This document shows, piece by piece, positions 5,396-6,067 of a stretch of DNA of 6,067 nt. The notes beneath the pieces were generated by a model. It was not told the origin of the DNA. It saw only the letters and a list, made by a program, of their open reading frames with translations, and did no database searches. This DNA is from a virus: IMG/VR virus record IMGVR_UViG_3300038492_000631, positions 1 through 6,067 of that record. One strand, given 5' to 3'. Positions within the stretch are counted from its first letter, which is position 1. Every line of letters starts with the position of its first letter. The position numbers and the translations under genes are program-made.

Positions 5396-6012
5396 TTCTT
5401 CTTAGGTGCGGTATCTGAGGTCTCGACGACCTCTTGATTTTCATTGCCCGGCTCGCCGGTCGTCGTGGAGATCGGCGGGTCCGCCGGGTGCGGTGCCTTG
5501 GGATCGGGACTGACGCCCTTCGCCTTTGCGTCCTTCTTCATCTCCTCCAAGTCAGCCAACAGCGACTTGATCTGTTTCTGCTGTTCCTCGAAGGCCTTGA
5601 ACTCGGCTTTCTTACGCCGTTCTTCGTTCTGCTTTGCGATAGCCGCGACCAGCTCGGCCTGAGGATCGCGAACGCGTTCGCGCATTGGCCGCACGAACAC
5701 CGGTCCTTTGACTTCAAACCTGGTTCCCCTGAGGTTCCTGGTCCGGACGTTGACCGGCTTGGAAAAGGTGATGATTCCACCACCCTTCAGCTTTAGGTCG
5801 ATTGTCACGACCTCCGCTCCCGGGACAGGAAAAAAGTGTTCCACGGGCTGGCCCTGGTCATCGACGGTCCTGCCGTCACTGACAGTCATAGCGCAGCCTT
5901 CCTGGGCAAGCACCTCCAGCTTGATTCCGGTGTGCTTTGCACCGTGACTTTCCAGAGAAAGGCTTTCGATTGTGTGCCACTCTTCAGTGGCCCCGATTTT
6001 GAAGAACTTCAT
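5392..6012 (-). CDS. Hypothetical 206-aa protein. It has a beta-rich N-domain, a charged coiled-coil and a Pro-rich acidic tail, and may be a scaffolding (VP3-like) or accessory protein.
   Basis: ATG at 6012 with SD AAGGGA (complement of 6019-6024) 6 nt upstream. The central heptad-like charged helix is 'AELVAAIAKQNEERRKKAEFKAFEEQQKQIKSLLADLEEMKKDAKAKG'. The tail 'SPDPKAPHPADPPISTTTGEPGNENQEVVETSDTAPKKK' looks disordered. I recognise no family motif. Confidence 0.7.
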   Translation of the reverse strand: MKFFKIGATEEWHTIESLSLESHGAKHTGIKLEVLAQEGCAMTVSDGRTVDDQGQPVEHFFPVPGAEVVTIDLKLKGGGIITFSKPVNVRTRNLRGTRFEVKGPVFVRPMRERVRDPQAELVAAIAKQNEERRKKAEFKAFEEQQKQIKSLLADLEEMKKDAKAKGVSPDPKAPHPADPPISTTTGEPGNENQEVVETSDTAPKKK

Positions 6013-6067
6013 GGTTTTTCCCTTGATGTGTCACTAGGGCTGTTCGCCCTGGTGAAGTTATGCCGTT
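5969..6067. repeat. Second copy of the terminal redundancy (equals 1-99).
   Basis: Exact 99-nt identity with the window start. Confidence 0.97.
6033..6053 (-). repeat. Copy A of the 21-nt element seen again inside the terminal redundancy. It is not an independent copy.
   Basis: 65-85 plus 5,968. Confidence 0.9.

Noticed and set aside
1-6067. CRISPR arrays, tRNA/rRNA genes, transposase/IS elements, integrase.
   Set aside because: I saw no spaced identical repeats of CRISPR type, no cloverleaf-like or rRNA-like segments, and no ORF with transposase or integrase motifs. The genome is fully accounted for by the microvirus modules.

Overview
The window is one complete circular ssDNA Microviridae genome of the gokushovirus-like (non-phiX) type. 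It is written as the complement of the viral/coding strand. Bases 1-99 are identical to 5969-6067, so the true unit is a 5,968-nt circle with a 99-nt assembly overlap. All credible genes lie on the minus strand. In transcription order they are: an orphan 206-aa protein (6012..5392), a peptidase M15 zinc cell-wall hydrolase (5395..4772), the HUH replication initiator (4652..3621), and an arginine-rich ORF overlapping the Rep 3' end (3741..3235). These are followed by a 60-aa membrane protein (3238..3056), the DNA pilot protein VP2 (3056..2022) and the major capsid protein VP1 (1904..246). Most starts have an AAGGA/AAGGGA Shine-Dalgarno, so the host probably uses canonical SD-dependent initiation. 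Five observations go beyond ordinary annotation. (1) CCWGG is roughly 5-fold over-represented and strand-polarised, with the octamer CGACCAGG present 9 times on the coding strand in all three frames and in non-coding DNA. (2) A perfectly conserved 21-nt stem-loop element occurs at three separate inter-module positions. (3) A phiX174-like CAACTTG plus AT-rich candidate origin sits in a hairpin loop just upstream of rep. (4) An M15 peptidase and a small TM protein suggest endolysin-type lysis, where cultured microviruses use amurin-type lysis or have no known lysis gene. (5) The repeat-dense 380-nt region downstream of rep may be dual-use, both coding and cis-acting. All homology calls rest on motifs recognised by eye, not on searches.
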